49,636 bases of DNA from a virus. The notes beneath the pieces were generated by a model. That model did not search any database. It saw only the letters and a program-made list of their open reading frames with translations, and had not been told where the DNA came from. The position numbers and the translations under genes were made by a program. The stretch lies in IMG/VR virus record IMGVR_UViG_3300033987_000055; one strand, given 5' to 3'. Shown in pieces: positions 1 to 7,288 of the stretch (positions within the stretch are counted from its first letter, which is position 1; the number at the start of each line of letters is the position of its first letter).

Positions 1-127
1 AAAATTTACTTCTTTTATTTGCCAAATTACTTTATCATTTTTTATTTCAATAACTTCCCATATAACTCTTATATCAACCCATTCATAGACTATTTGTGTT
101 CCTGCTTCAATAATATCCCTTTCATTC
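1..127. repeat. Terminal direct repeat of the assembly (identical to 49510..49636). It marks a circular or terminally redundant 49,509-bp genome.
   Basis: Read directly: positions 1..127 (aaaatttacttc...cctttcattc) recur exactly at 49510..49636. Confidence 0.95.
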
Positions 128-201
128 ATCAGATTAATTAATTCTGTATTTATTATTTCTATTTCTTGTGAGATTCCCCTCAATCTTAAATAATGTTTCA
201 T
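1..201 (-). CDS. Hypothetical protein (67 aa) spanning the circular junction
   Basis: ATG at 201..199 follows a GAGGGTGG RBS. 67 sense codons run to position 1. The stop TAA is supplied at 49509..49507 once the circle is closed. Confidence 0.5.
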   Translation of the reverse strand, partial: MKHYLRLRGISQEIEIINTELINLMNERDIIEAGTQIVYEWVDIRVIWEVIEIKNDKVIWQIKEVNF

Positions 202-213
202 TTTGCCACCCTC

Positions 214-1053
214 TTATTTCAACAATTCTCTTAATAAATCTTGCTTAACTTTAGCAGTTTCCACTCTTCTAGCTTTTCCTTTAATCTCGAAAGGAGTGCA
301 CATCTCTATAATTCTGTCATAAGTTCGGTAGACACCATCATCTCCCGCCATTTTCTCCTTAAGTTGCTCTAGACTTAAATTTGTTGTGATTATGATAGGT
401 TTTTTATCCCTATACCTACTGTCAATGATTTCATATATTTTTTCTTTAGCCCAGTCTGTACTATTTTCCGCCCCTAAATCATCTAGAACCAATAGACTAG
501 CGTTTTTAAGGCTATTTATTATTTCAACTTCTCCCTCGCTACCATATCTCTTGTAAGTTTCCTTTATCCTGTTTAATAATCCTATTGAACTTATTGCTAT
601 TACTGGTACTAATCTGTTTAATAACTCATTTGCTATACAAAATGCTAAATATGTTTTGCCTGTTCCTGGTGCCCCGAATAACAATAACCCTAAATTCTGC
701 TTTTTCATTTCATCAAATTTCTCAACGTATTTTTTTGCTAAATTGAAATATTGCTTATTCATTTCATCTACTTCAAAATTTTCAAATGTACATTGTTCAA
801 ATTGCTTGTCCATTAAGGAGTATTTTCTCAAGCGTTCTAATCGCATTATCTTTTGCTTTCTTTCTTCTTCTTCTTTTAACTGATTATATTTTTGTTCTTC
901 ACATTTACACATTACAGGGACTTTTATTTTTCTACCAAAACCCTCTATGATTGCTTCCTTTGGTGAATTACAATTGCTGCAAATCTTCATAGGTGAATCC
1001 GATTCCTGCATATGGGTCAGCATTTTGTCCATTATTTCCCCTAGACTTTCCAT
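214..1053 (-). CDS. DnaC/DnaI/IstB-like AAA+ helicase loader
   Basis: Walker A GAPGTGKTY, Walker B LLVLDDLG, N-terminal Cys cluster (CSNCN..CKC). Adjacent to the replisome organiser. The first 86 nt overlap the upstream ORF, so an internal Met start is possible. Confidence 0.85.
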   Translation of the reverse strand: MESLGEIMDKMLTHMQESDSPMKICSNCNSPKEAIIEGFGRKIKVPVMCKCEEQKYNQLKEEEERKQKIMRLERLRKYSLMDKQFEQCTFENFEVDEMNKQYFNLAKKYVEKFDEMKKQNLGLLLFGAPGTGKTYLAFCIANELLNRLVPVIAISSIGLLNRIKETYKRYGSEGEVEIINSLKNASLLVLDDLGAENSTDWAKEKIYEIIDSRYRDKKPIIITTNLSLEQLKEKMAGDDGVYRTYDRIIEMCTPFEIKGKARRVETAKVKQDLLRELLK

Positions 1054-1855
1054 GCTTTTCTTCCTCCTTTACTATTTCTTCTGCAGTAGCATTTCTCATA
1101 ATTCCGTAGCAGTAATTCTCTTTTTTGTCATGATATTTTGGATTTCTTATATATACTTTTAAAGCGTAAATAACCTTTGGTACTGGGTACTTTTCCCATT
1201 CTTGATAGATTTTTAATACAACTGAATCTGCAATCTTTCCATTTTTTCTAGTCCAACGTAAAATATCAAAATATTCATCTATGATTTTCAATTGTTCTTC
1301 TGAATACCTAGAACGCAAATTTTCAATTTGCAAAGATATATCTTCTTTTTCTTTACTTTTCTTTTCTTTACTTTTCTTTTCTTTACTTTGGGGATTAATG
1401 TTAACATTTTCGTTAGATGAATCTGAATTAATGTTTACAAAAACTAAATTATTGTAAACATTAATATCGTTTTCGCTTAATAAAAGATACTCTTTGATAA
1501 CCTCTACTTTTTGTCGTCGTTTTGCTATTTCAAAATATCTTTTTTGAACCCCTCTCGATGTTAGGATTTTATACTTTTGGAATAGCTGTTTATCAAATAA
1601 TCCCCATTTAATGCAATCATTAACTACATCATTTACTTCATTAATGTCAACATTAACTCTTTTAGAGAAGAGTAATTGTTCCTTTTCTGTCCATTCATAG
1701 TAGTAACTGTTTTTATAAATATGCATGAACAGTTTAATTACAATTCCAAAACCTTTTATTCCGTGTTGAGCTTCAATAATTGCAACTTTATCATCTTGAT
1801 CTATATCAACATCTAAAGGAAAGTAATCTAGTCCTACTTTTTGAGGTCTTGCCAT
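968..1855 (-). CDS. Phage replisome organiser / DnaD-like replication initiation protein
   Basis: N-terminus MARPQKVGLDYFPLDVDIDQDDK.. is typical of the phage replisome-organiser N-domain. A lysine-rich KEKKSKEKKSKEK linker is encoded by tandem DNA repeats. Lies between recT and the dnaC-like gene. Confidence 0.7.
   Translation of the reverse strand: MARPQKVGLDYFPLDVDIDQDDKVAIIEAQHGIKGFGIVIKLFMHIYKNSYYYEWTEKEQLLFSKRVNVDINEVNDVVNDCIKWGLFDKQLFQKYKILTSRGVQKRYFEIAKRRQKVEVIKEYLLLSENDINVYNNLVFVNINSDSSNENVNINPQSKEKKSKEKKSKEKEDISLQIENLRSRYSEEQLKIIDEYFDILRWTRKNGKIADSVVLKIYQEWEKYPVPKVIYALKVYIRNPKYHDKKENYCYGIMRNATAEEIVKEEEKHGKSRGNNGQNADPYAGIGFTYEDLQQL
1351..1464. repeat. Ori-like repeat cluster inside the replisome-organiser gene
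   Basis: 15-bp direct repeat ctttacttttctttt x2.6 (1351..1389), then a 13-bp perfect inverted repeat ttaatgtttacaa / ttgtaaacattaa (1428..1440 and 1452..1464). Confidence 0.5.
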
Positions 1856-1906
1856 TTTTTATCACCTACTTTTTATTTGGGGTAGGAGCTTTTTAGCTCC
1901 TAACCT

Positions 1907-2833
1907 CTAATCTTCGAATGGAGTTCCTTCAAATTCACTTTCATCAAAATCTATATCTTCATAATCTGCTTCTACTATTTCTTCTTTGGATTCTTCTTGG
2001 TAATTCTGTAAGTATTTAATTAGCCTATCAGCTTCAATAGTTGTTAATTGCTTGCTTGATTCTTTACCAAATTGCTCTTTAATGTACTTTTTCATTTCTT
2101 CATTATCTATGTTTTTCTGTTTTGCAAGTTTATAGATAAAATCTAATTGCCTGTTAGTAGCTAAATTGCTTTGTTCTTCTTTAACTACTTCATCTTTTCC
2201 AATGTCATTTTCAATAACTGTTGCATCTACTTTAATTGGAGTTTCATCAAGCTTACTGTCATCTATAGGCATTTCTTCTGGACTGTATAATCCTCCAAAT
2301 TCTTCAGGTATTGCCTCTCTTAGAGCCTGTACTAAAGCAACTTTTCTAATCATTGTTGCGGGCATCTTCTGCCAATTAGTCATTAGGTCGCCTTTGCTGT
2401 TATATCTTTGATATTCCTCTAGCCCTACTGTTATTTCCATTGGAACATTCCAATCTTTTCTGTATACTCTAGCCCAACCACCTACAAGGGTTTCCTTTGG
2501 AAGCACTAATGCTCCTTTCCTATATTCAACAGTTCCATCTTCTTTTTGGACTATTACTCCTGCTTCATAGCCTGTACATAATTTTGATTTAGCTGCTCTT
2601 TTTACAAATGTATCTTTACCTGTAACCATAGTGGCTGGACTATTGCCAAATTTGATTAGATATGCTTCTCTTAAGAATGGGTTTAGATTTTGGTATTTGC
2701 ACATTTGTATAAACATCATTACTTCTTGGTCTGTTACCTTAGATGAATCTCCAGACACAAGGTATTTCTTTACAATATCTTTAGAAAGTGTAACTTCACC
2801 ATTATCGGTTTCATACTTTACTATATTACTCAC
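1907..2833 (-). CDS. recT: RecT/Bet-family single-strand annealing recombinase
   Basis: 308 aa. N-terminal two thirds (..DQEVMMFIQMCKYQNLNPFLREAYLIKFG..TGKDTFVKRA..) resemble RecT/Bet. Acidic C-terminal tail. Confidence 0.85.
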   Translation of the reverse strand: MSNIVKYETDNGEVTLSKDIVKKYLVSGDSSKVTDQEVMMFIQMCKYQNLNPFLREAYLIKFGNSPATMVTGKDTFVKRAAKSKLCTGYEAGVIVQKEDGTVEYRKGALVLPKETLVGGWARVYRKDWNVPMEITVGLEEYQRYNSKGDLMTNWQKMPATMIRKVALVQALREAIPEEFGGLYSPEEMPIDDSKLDETPIKVDATVIENDIGKDEVVKEEQSNLATNRQLDFIYKLAKQKNIDNEEMKKYIKEQFGKESSKQLTTIEADRLIKYLQNYQEESKEEIVEADYEDIDFDESEFEGTPFED

Positions 2834-3041
2834 TTACTCCACCACCCATATTTTTAATTTCTTGTTCAGTCATACAAGCTCCGCAATAACCGCACTTTGA
2901 AGCATATTTAACGCTATCCCAATTTCCATCAACTAAAATGTAATAATATAAATCAACCCAGCATCTTTTATGAACTCCAAATAATTTATAGTCATACAAG
3001 AATTCAAATATTTTAAACTTTATTTTTTGTTTTAAATTCAT
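2826..3041 (-). CDS. Hypothetical Cys-rich protein (71 aa)
   Basis: ATG preceded by a GGGGGGAG RBS. Several Cys (CGYCGAC). Overlaps the recT start by 8 nt. Confidence 0.4.
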   Translation of the reverse strand: MNLKQKIKFKIFEFLYDYKLFGVHKRCWVDLYYYILVDGNWDSVKYASKCGYCGACMTEQEIKNMGGGVSE

Positions 3042-3052
3042 TTACTCCCCCC

Positions 3053-3223
3053 CTAATCGCAATAAGGAATTGTGAATCTTATTATTATCTCATCTTTAGT
3101 TGTACTTATTAGTTCAGTAGTACACTCTAACCATTCAGCCATTTCTTTTGGTACTGTCTTATATCCAGTTAGTTTTTCTATTTCTTTAATTAGGTCCTCA
3201 TATAGAGGACAGTTATTTGTGAA
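3053..3223 (-). pseudogene. 3' segment of an interrupted ORF: 56 sense codons, no usable start
   Basis: The frame opens right after an in-frame TAG (3226..3224) inside the 40-nt repeat and runs FTNNCPLYEDLIKEIEKL...RFTIPYCD to TAG at 3055..3053. The first Met is codon 28 and has no RBS. An open frame this long is unusual in DNA this AT-rich. Confidence 0.4.
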
Positions 3224-3258
3224 CTACCTCCACCTATAGAGGTGGTGGCTTCGTGGTC
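3219..3258 (-). repeat. 40-nt hairpin repeat, copy 1 (identical to 38053..38092)
   Basis: Minus-strand reading is GACCACGAAGCCACCACCTCTATAGGTGGAGGTAGTTCAC. Stem CCACC/GGTGG extends through CC/GG, followed by a 7-8 nt 3' tail. Confidence 0.9.
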
Positions 3259-3417
3259 AATACTCCAATCGGAGCAAGTTTACCCACGCTCAAAGGGCTG
3301 TTCCATCCCCAGTTTTACCATTCATATGGCTAATTTTAGTAGTTTGGTTTTCACTACTTTTTAGCAACATTCATCACCCACTTATTGAAGTGGGCGACTT
3401 CTGTCGCTGATTAGGTT
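3259..3417 (-). ncRNA. Candidate structured RNA or intervening sequence between the two halves of the split ORF
   Basis: Locally GC-enriched, non-coding. Serial hairpins are visible on the minus strand: GCGAC-agaa-GTCGC, CCCACTT-caat-AAGTGGG, AGTAGT-n9-ACTACT, CGTGG..(CTCC-gatt-GGAG)..CCACG. Confidence 0.3.
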
Positions 3418-3507
3418 AAATACAAAATCTTCTATATGGTCTTTCATTGTGCCTATGCCGCTTTGAATTACTTTTCTTTCAATAAGTTCTGGTTTACCAA
3501 ATTCCAT
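3382..3507 (-). CDS. Small ORF (41 aa as read), possibly the 5' segment of the interrupted ORF
   Basis: ATG 3507..3505 overlaps the upstream stop (TAATG) and follows an AGGAGAGG RBS. Sequence MEFGKPELIERKVIQSGIGTMKDHIEDFVF.. then runs into the structured insert and stops at 3384..3382. Confidence 0.45.
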   Translation of the reverse strand: MEFGKPELIERKVIQSGIGTMKDHIEDFVFNLISDRSRPLQ

Positions 3508-3719
3508 TAACAACCTCTCCTTAATCTTGCCTCTATGAATTCCAATCTTTGTGTCAGATCAATACCATTAATGTGATAATCATTTTTTTCAATTTCTTCT
3601 ATAAGAGATTTCAAATCATCCGCTGTTTTTAAGGCATTTTCCCATTTTTTTCTATCGATTAATAATGATTCAAAATCGCTTAAACTGATGGTAACCAGCC
3701 CTTGAATGTTCACTTTCAT
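3507..3719 (-). CDS. Hypothetical protein (70 aa)
   Basis: ORF track. Translationally coupled to the next ORF. Confidence 0.5.
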   Translation of the reverse strand: MKVNIQGLVTISLSDFESLLIDRKKWENALKTADDLKSLIEEIEKNDYHINGIDLTQRLEFIEARLRRGC

Positions 3720-3737
3720 CCTCCTTTTTGGTATAAT
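3709..3737 (+). promoter_or_regulatory. Plus-strand promoter with extended -10 (TGgTATAAT)
   Basis: ttcact (3709..3714), 17-nt spacer, tg at 3729..3730, tataat at 3732..3737. Antisense to the surrounding minus-strand genes. Confidence 0.5.
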
Positions 3738-3743
3738 ATAGAT

Positions 3744-3790
3744 GAGTATACTTTCTAATTGACCTTTCCAAATTTGGAAGGTCTTTTTTT
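3744..3790 (+). ncRNA. Candidate about 47-nt antisense sRNA (type I antitoxin-like)
   Basis: Lies between the plus-strand promoter and a plus-strand intrinsic terminator (gacctttccaaatttggaaggtc 3761..3783 plus T7 at 3784..3790). Complementary to the last about 12 codons of the 49-aa hydrophobic ORF. Confidence 0.45.
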
Positions 3791-3904
3791 ATGCCTTTCA
3801 TCAATGTAGATATAAATTATCCCTGAAAGAAATACTACAAATGCAAGCCAAAAGAACTTCATCATTTTAAGTAAGGCTAAATAGATGATTGTTAAATCAT
3901 TCAT
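3755..3904 (-). CDS. Small hydrophobic peptide (49 aa), type I toxin-like
   Basis: Not in the ORF track (<60 aa). ATG 3904..3902 follows AAAGGGGGGA. Sequence MNDLTIIYLALLKMMKFFWLAFVVFLSGIIYIYIDERHKKRPSKFGKVN has one TM helix and a basic tail. Confidence 0.5.
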   Translation of the reverse strand: MNDLTIIYLALLKMMKFFWLAFVVFLSGIIYIYIDERHKKRPSKFGKVN

Positions 3905-3930
3905 CTCTCAATCCCCCCTTTGCGAAATAA

Positions 3931-3982
3931 ATAAAAAAGCCAATTGCTATACACGTATAAAAATACGCATATAGCAATTGGC
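3931..3982 (-). terminator. Rho-independent terminator
   Basis: 13-bp stem GCCAATTGCTATA / TATAGCAATTGGC (3939..3982) followed on the minus strand by TTTTTTATTTATTT. Confidence 0.75.
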
Positions 3983-3997
3983 TCTAGCTCTGGCTCA

Positions 3998-4159
3998 CTA
4001 AACAGCTGATGCTGTCGGCTCTGGCTTAGGCTCATTGATTATTTGTACTTCATTTCTGCATTTTTTACATTTTATAAAAACTCCCATTATATGTTGCTTT
4101 GGATCTATTCTTAATAATTTCTGCTTACATATTGGGCATCGATACCAAATAAGTTCCAA
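3998..4159 (-). CDS. Small zinc-ribbon protein (53 aa), Cys-rich KTR-like
   Basis: Not in the ORF track. TTG start 7 nt after a GGGGGG RBS. Sequence LELIWYRCPICKQKLLRIDPKQHIMGVFIKCKKCRNEVQIINEP.. contains CPxC..CxxC. Confidence 0.5.
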   Translation of the reverse strand: MELIWYRCPICKQKLLRIDPKQHIMGVFIKCKKCRNEVQIINEPKPEPTASAV

Positions 4160-4176
4160 AACATTGCCCCCCTTTA

Positions 4177-4371
4177 TTAATTTTCTTTAGTTAATCCTAA
4201 AAACTGTTTAATTTCGTTTATTGTTTTGCCTTCTTCTGCCATTTTTGATACTTCTTTTGTTATTATTTCTGCTACTAAATTTGTATTTCTTTTAATAATT
4301 CTTCTTTTATGCTCAGCAGTGAGAGACTCCCAAGGAACACCTCCCACTGTAATTTTTATGTTCATGGGCAT
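4177..4371 (-). CDS. Hypothetical protein (64 aa)
   Basis: ORF track. The RBS GGGGGA fits the second ATG (4365) better. Confidence 0.5.
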   Translation of the reverse strand: MPMNIKITVGGVPWESLTAEHKRRIIKRNTNLVAEIITKEVSKMAEEGKTINEIKQFLGLTKEN

Positions 4372-4515
4372 TCCCCCTTTTGTTACAATCTATGTTTCTT
4401 AAATTTTGTCCTATGCAACCCCTTTTGTCTAAATTTGCTTATTATTCCATAATTTGAAACTTTATTTAAGAATAATAATATGAAATAATGTATATAGAAA
4501 TCTTTTGAATAATGT

Positions 4516-4527
4516 TGTCTATAGACA
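4516..4527. promoter_or_regulatory. Operator-like perfect palindrome TGTCTATAGACA
   Basis: Same half-site family as three sites in the cro/cI intergenic region. Confidence 0.45.
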
Positions 4528-4746
4528 GCAATTATTTAAAAAAATAAATCTTTTAATATCAATATCATTGTCATTACAAAATTTAATTAATTTTTGAGTG
4601 AATTTAATTCCTGGGTTAGCTTCACCTTTTAGCACTCTAAATACAAAACTATAATCTAACCCTAATTCTTGTGAAAATTTATAAGAAGTCCATCCTTTTT
4701 GGGATAGGTATTCATTAATCGCTTTAATATTAATAAGTTCATTCAT
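4519..4746 (-). CDS. Cro-like XRE-family HTH regulator (first lytic gene)
   Basis: 75 aa. HTH segment WTSYKFSQELGLDYSFVFRVLKG. Divergent from the cI-like gene. Confidence 0.75.
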   Translation of the reverse strand: MNELINIKAINEYLSQKGWTSYKFSQELGLDYSFVFRVLKGEANPGIKFTQKLIKFCNDNDIDIKRFIFLNNCCL

Positions 4747-4774
4747 TGAATCACCTCCATTATGACAAATTGTT

Positions 4775-4884
4775 TGTCTATATACAATATATCATATTTG
4801 CTGTTTATATGCAATACTTTTTTACTATTTTTTTTAAAAAATATTGTTAATAAGCAATAATTACATTAAAATTGTATATAGAAA
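4775..4884. promoter_or_regulatory. Lysis/lysogeny switch region with three operator-like sites
   Basis: TGTCTATATACA (4775..4786), TGTTTATATGCA (4802..4813) and TGTATATAGAAA (4873..4884) lie between divergent HTH genes. Confidence 0.55.
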
Positions 4885-4933
4885 GAATATGGAAAGAATT
4901 AGGAAAAAATTAGGGAAAAAGGGGGTTTCTACA

Positions 4934-5344
4934 ATGCCTAAACCAGCTCAAAATAATAAATTCGATAAAAAAATGCTTGCAAATCTTTTAAAGAAAGCTC
5001 AAGGGAATAGAACTTTAAGACAGTTTGCATTAGCTGCAGATATAGACTCTGGTTATTTATCTAGACTAATAAATATGAAAAGAGGAACTCCTCCCTCACC
5101 TGAAGTATTAAAAAAATTAGCTAACGTATCACATAATGGTATTACATATGAACAGTTACTATTTGCTGCTGGATATATAGAATCAGAAATAGAGGAAAAT
5201 TTCGAAGAAGTATTTAGATTTATTGATGAATTTGTAGAGGAAATGAAAAAAAGAGGATATGATTATTCGAATAAATCAAGGGAAGAACTCGCAGATCTAT
5301 TAGTTAAATTATTAAAAGCAAGCGATATATTGAGAGATATATAA
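4934..5344 (+). CDS. CI-like XRE-family repressor
   Basis: HTH LRQFALAADIDSGYLSRLINMKRG. ATG 4934 follows AAAAAGGGGG. The ORF-track start at 4844 (TTG) lacks an RBS. Confidence 0.75.
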   Translation: MPKPAQNNKFDKKMLANLLKKAQGNRTLRQFALAADIDSGYLSRLINMKRGTPPSPEVLKKLANVSHNGITYEQLLFAAGYIESEIEENFEEVFRFIDEFVEEMKKRGYDYSNKSREELADLLVKLLKASDILRDI

Positions 5345-5347
5345 TAA

Positions 5348-5376
5348 AAGCAGTTAAAAAATTAACTGCTTTTAAT
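5348..5376 (+). terminator. Terminator after the repressor gene
   Basis: gcagttaa-aaaa-ttaactgc followed by tttt. Confidence 0.6.
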
Positions 5377-5478
5377 TACTTTATGTATATTAATCAATTT
5401 TTGCATTAAGAGTTTTTTATCGTATGTACTTAATATCTTTTTTAAAGCCTTAAGGTTTTTTATATAGTTTTCTTGCAT
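5362..5478 (-). CDS. Possible small ORF (38 aa)
   Basis: ATG 5478..5476 follows AAGGGGGA. Sequence MQENYIKNLKALKKILSTYDKKLLMQKLINIHKVIKSS. Confidence 0.3.
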   Translation of the reverse strand: MQENYIKNLKALKKILSTYDKKLLMQKLINIHKVIKSS

Positions 5479-5642
5479 GTGAATTCCCCCTTATCATTGA
5501 GATAAGAACACATGTTCTGATGTATAAATATATTACCATATGTTACTAAAAAATTCAATATGTATTTACTAATATTGTAACATAAAAGAATAATTCAATA
5601 AATTAAAATTCGTATTAATTTTCTAATAAATAAGGTGATAAT

Positions 5643-7229
5643 ATGAAAATAGCTATATATTCTAGAAAATCAAGGTTTTCAGAATCAGGTGAATCAGTAG
5701 AGAATCAAATTCAACTTTGCAAAGAATATATTGAAAAGCATTTTGATAATATAGAAAAGTTTTACATATATGAGGATGAAGGCTTTTCAGGTGGAAATAC
5801 AGATAGACCTCAATTTCAATTAATGCTAAAAGATGCGAAAAATAAAAAATTTGATGTACTAGTTTGTTATCGCTTAGATAGAGTGAGCAGAAATATTGCC
5901 GATTTCTCAAATCTAATAGAAGAATTACAAAGACACGATATATCTTTTATTTCTATAAAAGAACAATTTGATACTTCTACCCCTTTAGGTCGTGCTATGA
6001 TGTATATTGCTTCTGTATTTGCTCAATTAGAAAGGGAAACAATTGCAGAAAGAATAAGAGATAACATGCACCAATTAGCCAAAACAGGAAGATGGTTAGG
6101 AGGGACAACCCCTCTAGGATTTGATAGTGAACCTATTACATATATAGACCATGAAGGAAAGCAAAAAAAGATGTATAAATTATCACCTATTAAAGGAGAA
6201 CTTGAAATTGTTAAACTTATTTTTGATAAATACTTAGAATTTCAATCTTTAAGTCAATTAGAAGTATTTTGTCTGCAAAATAATATAAAAACACGCAAAG
6301 GAAAAGATTTCGGGAAAATTACTTTAAGACGTATATTAACAAATCCTGTTTATTGCAAAGCTGATATAGATGCTTATAATTACTTTTATGAAAATAAAGC
6401 TTTAATTTGTGATGATAAATCAAAATATAATGGGAAATATGGATTAATAGGATATAATAAAAACTTTAAAAAAGGTGCAATGGTTATACAGAAAGATATA
6501 TCAGAATGGATTATAGCAATTGGAAAGCATAAAGGAATTATAGATGGGAAAGGTTGGGTAGAGGTACAAAATATATTAAATAGAAGAAAAGATTTATCTC
6601 CTAGGCAAGCTACTTCTCATTATGCTTTACTAAGTGGTCTAATCAGATGTAAAAAATGTAATGGGTCTATGATAGTTAAATATGGGCCTATAAAATCAGG
6701 AACAAATAAAAGAATTGCTTATTACGTTTGCAGAATGAAAGTAAATTCAAGACAAGCTAGATGTCAAAATACAAATTTAAGAGTAGATGAGACCGATAAA
6801 TATGTTATAGATGAATTAAAAAAATTAATAGAAACTGGAGTATTAAAAGATTTAGATAAAGCTCAAAAACAATTAGAAAATAAAAACTTAATGAGAAAAA
6901 ATATAAAAGATAAAATATCAGAAAATGAAAAAGCTATAGATAACTTACTTAAGCAATTAGCTAAAACCGAAAATGAAATTATCACAAAATATATATTTGC
7001 AGAAATTGAAAAGTTAGATAAGGAAAACAAGGAATTAAAAGAAAAGCTTGAAAATTATAATATTGAAAATCAAATAGTAAATATTTCAGTTTTCAAAAAT
7101 GCTTGTATCAAGTTCTATGAAATGATTGATAATGTTCCAATAGAACAAAAAAGAAACCTTTTACAATCTATTGTAAATAAGGTTTGGTGGGATGGTGAAA
7201 ATCTAGAAATAGATTTATTTGACATTTAA
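5643..7229 (+). CDS. int: Large serine recombinase (phage integrase)
   Basis: 528 aa. Resolvase-type N-domain (IYSRKSRFS..YRLDRVSRN), recombinase domain, zinc-ribbon CKKCNGSM..YYVCR, C-terminal coiled coil. Confidence 0.9.
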   Translation: MKIAIYSRKSRFSESGESVENQIQLCKEYIEKHFDNIEKFYIYEDEGFSGGNTDRPQFQLMLKDAKNKKFDVLVCYRLDRVSRNIADFSNLIEELQRHDISFISIKEQFDTSTPLGRAMMYIASVFAQLERETIAERIRDNMHQLAKTGRWLGGTTPLGFDSEPITYIDHEGKQKKMYKLSPIKGELEIVKLIFDKYLEFQSLSQLEVFCLQNNIKTRKGKDFGKITLRRILTNPVYCKADIDAYNYFYENKALICDDKSKYNGKYGLIGYNKNFKKGAMVIQKDISEWIIAIGKHKGIIDGKGWVEVQNILNRRKDLSPRQATSHYALLSGLIRCKKCNGSMIVKYGPIKSGTNKRIAYYVCRMKVNSRQARCQNTNLRVDETDKYVIDELKKLIETGVLKDLDKAQKQLENKNLMRKNIKDKISENEKAIDNLLKQLAKTENEIITKYIFAEIEKLDKENKELKEKLENYNIENQIVNISVFKNACIKFYEMIDNVPIEQKRNLLQSIVNKVWWDGENLEIDLFDI

Positions 7230-7230
7230 T

Positions 7231-7272
7231 CGCACTTTGTAACGATAGCAACCTCTATAGTAACAAAATGCG
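7231..7272. other. Candidate attP core (imperfect 13-bp inverted arms around a 16-bp centre)
   Basis: cgcactttgtaac (7231..7243) and gtaacaaaatgcg (7260..7272) match 11 of 13 as an inverted repeat. Lies immediately downstream of int. Confidence 0.35.
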
Positions 7273-7288
7273 ATGAGCATAAAAAAAA

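Noticed and set aside
656-883. Plus-strand ORFs in the six-frame track that lie antisense to long minus-strand genes. Examples: 656..883, 947..1162, 2166..2411, 2631..2900, 19189..19566, 20593..20925, 22725..23309, 29736..30113, 30922..31197, 42689..43204, 45548..45763.
   Set aside because: Each is fully embedded in a minus-strand gene with clear family motifs. They have low-complexity S/L/F/I-rich translations typical of the complement of AT-rich coding DNA, and no RBS. They are treated as non-coding.
3259-3420. A tRNA or tmRNA gene, prompted by ..GAAGCCACCA on the minus strand and ..TTTTACCA on the plus strand.
   Set aside because: No 7-bp acceptor stem, no GTTCRANNC T-loop and no 7-nt anticodon loop can be drawn on either strand.
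4844-4933. N-terminal extensions proposed by the ORF track: repressor from TTG 4844, XhlA from 15300, SSB from 49534.
   Set aside because: No RBS precedes these upstream starts. Strong GGAGG-type RBSs precede the internal ATGs at 4934, 15246 and 49492, which also give canonical family N-termini.
5505-5518. Palindrome AGAACA-ca-TGTTCT upstream of int as attP.
   Set aside because: The arms are short, with poor extended symmetry. Its location in the int promoter region suits an operator better. The 42-bp imperfect palindrome just downstream of int (7231..7272) fits serine-integrase attP geometry and prophage gene polarity better. It is not excluded.
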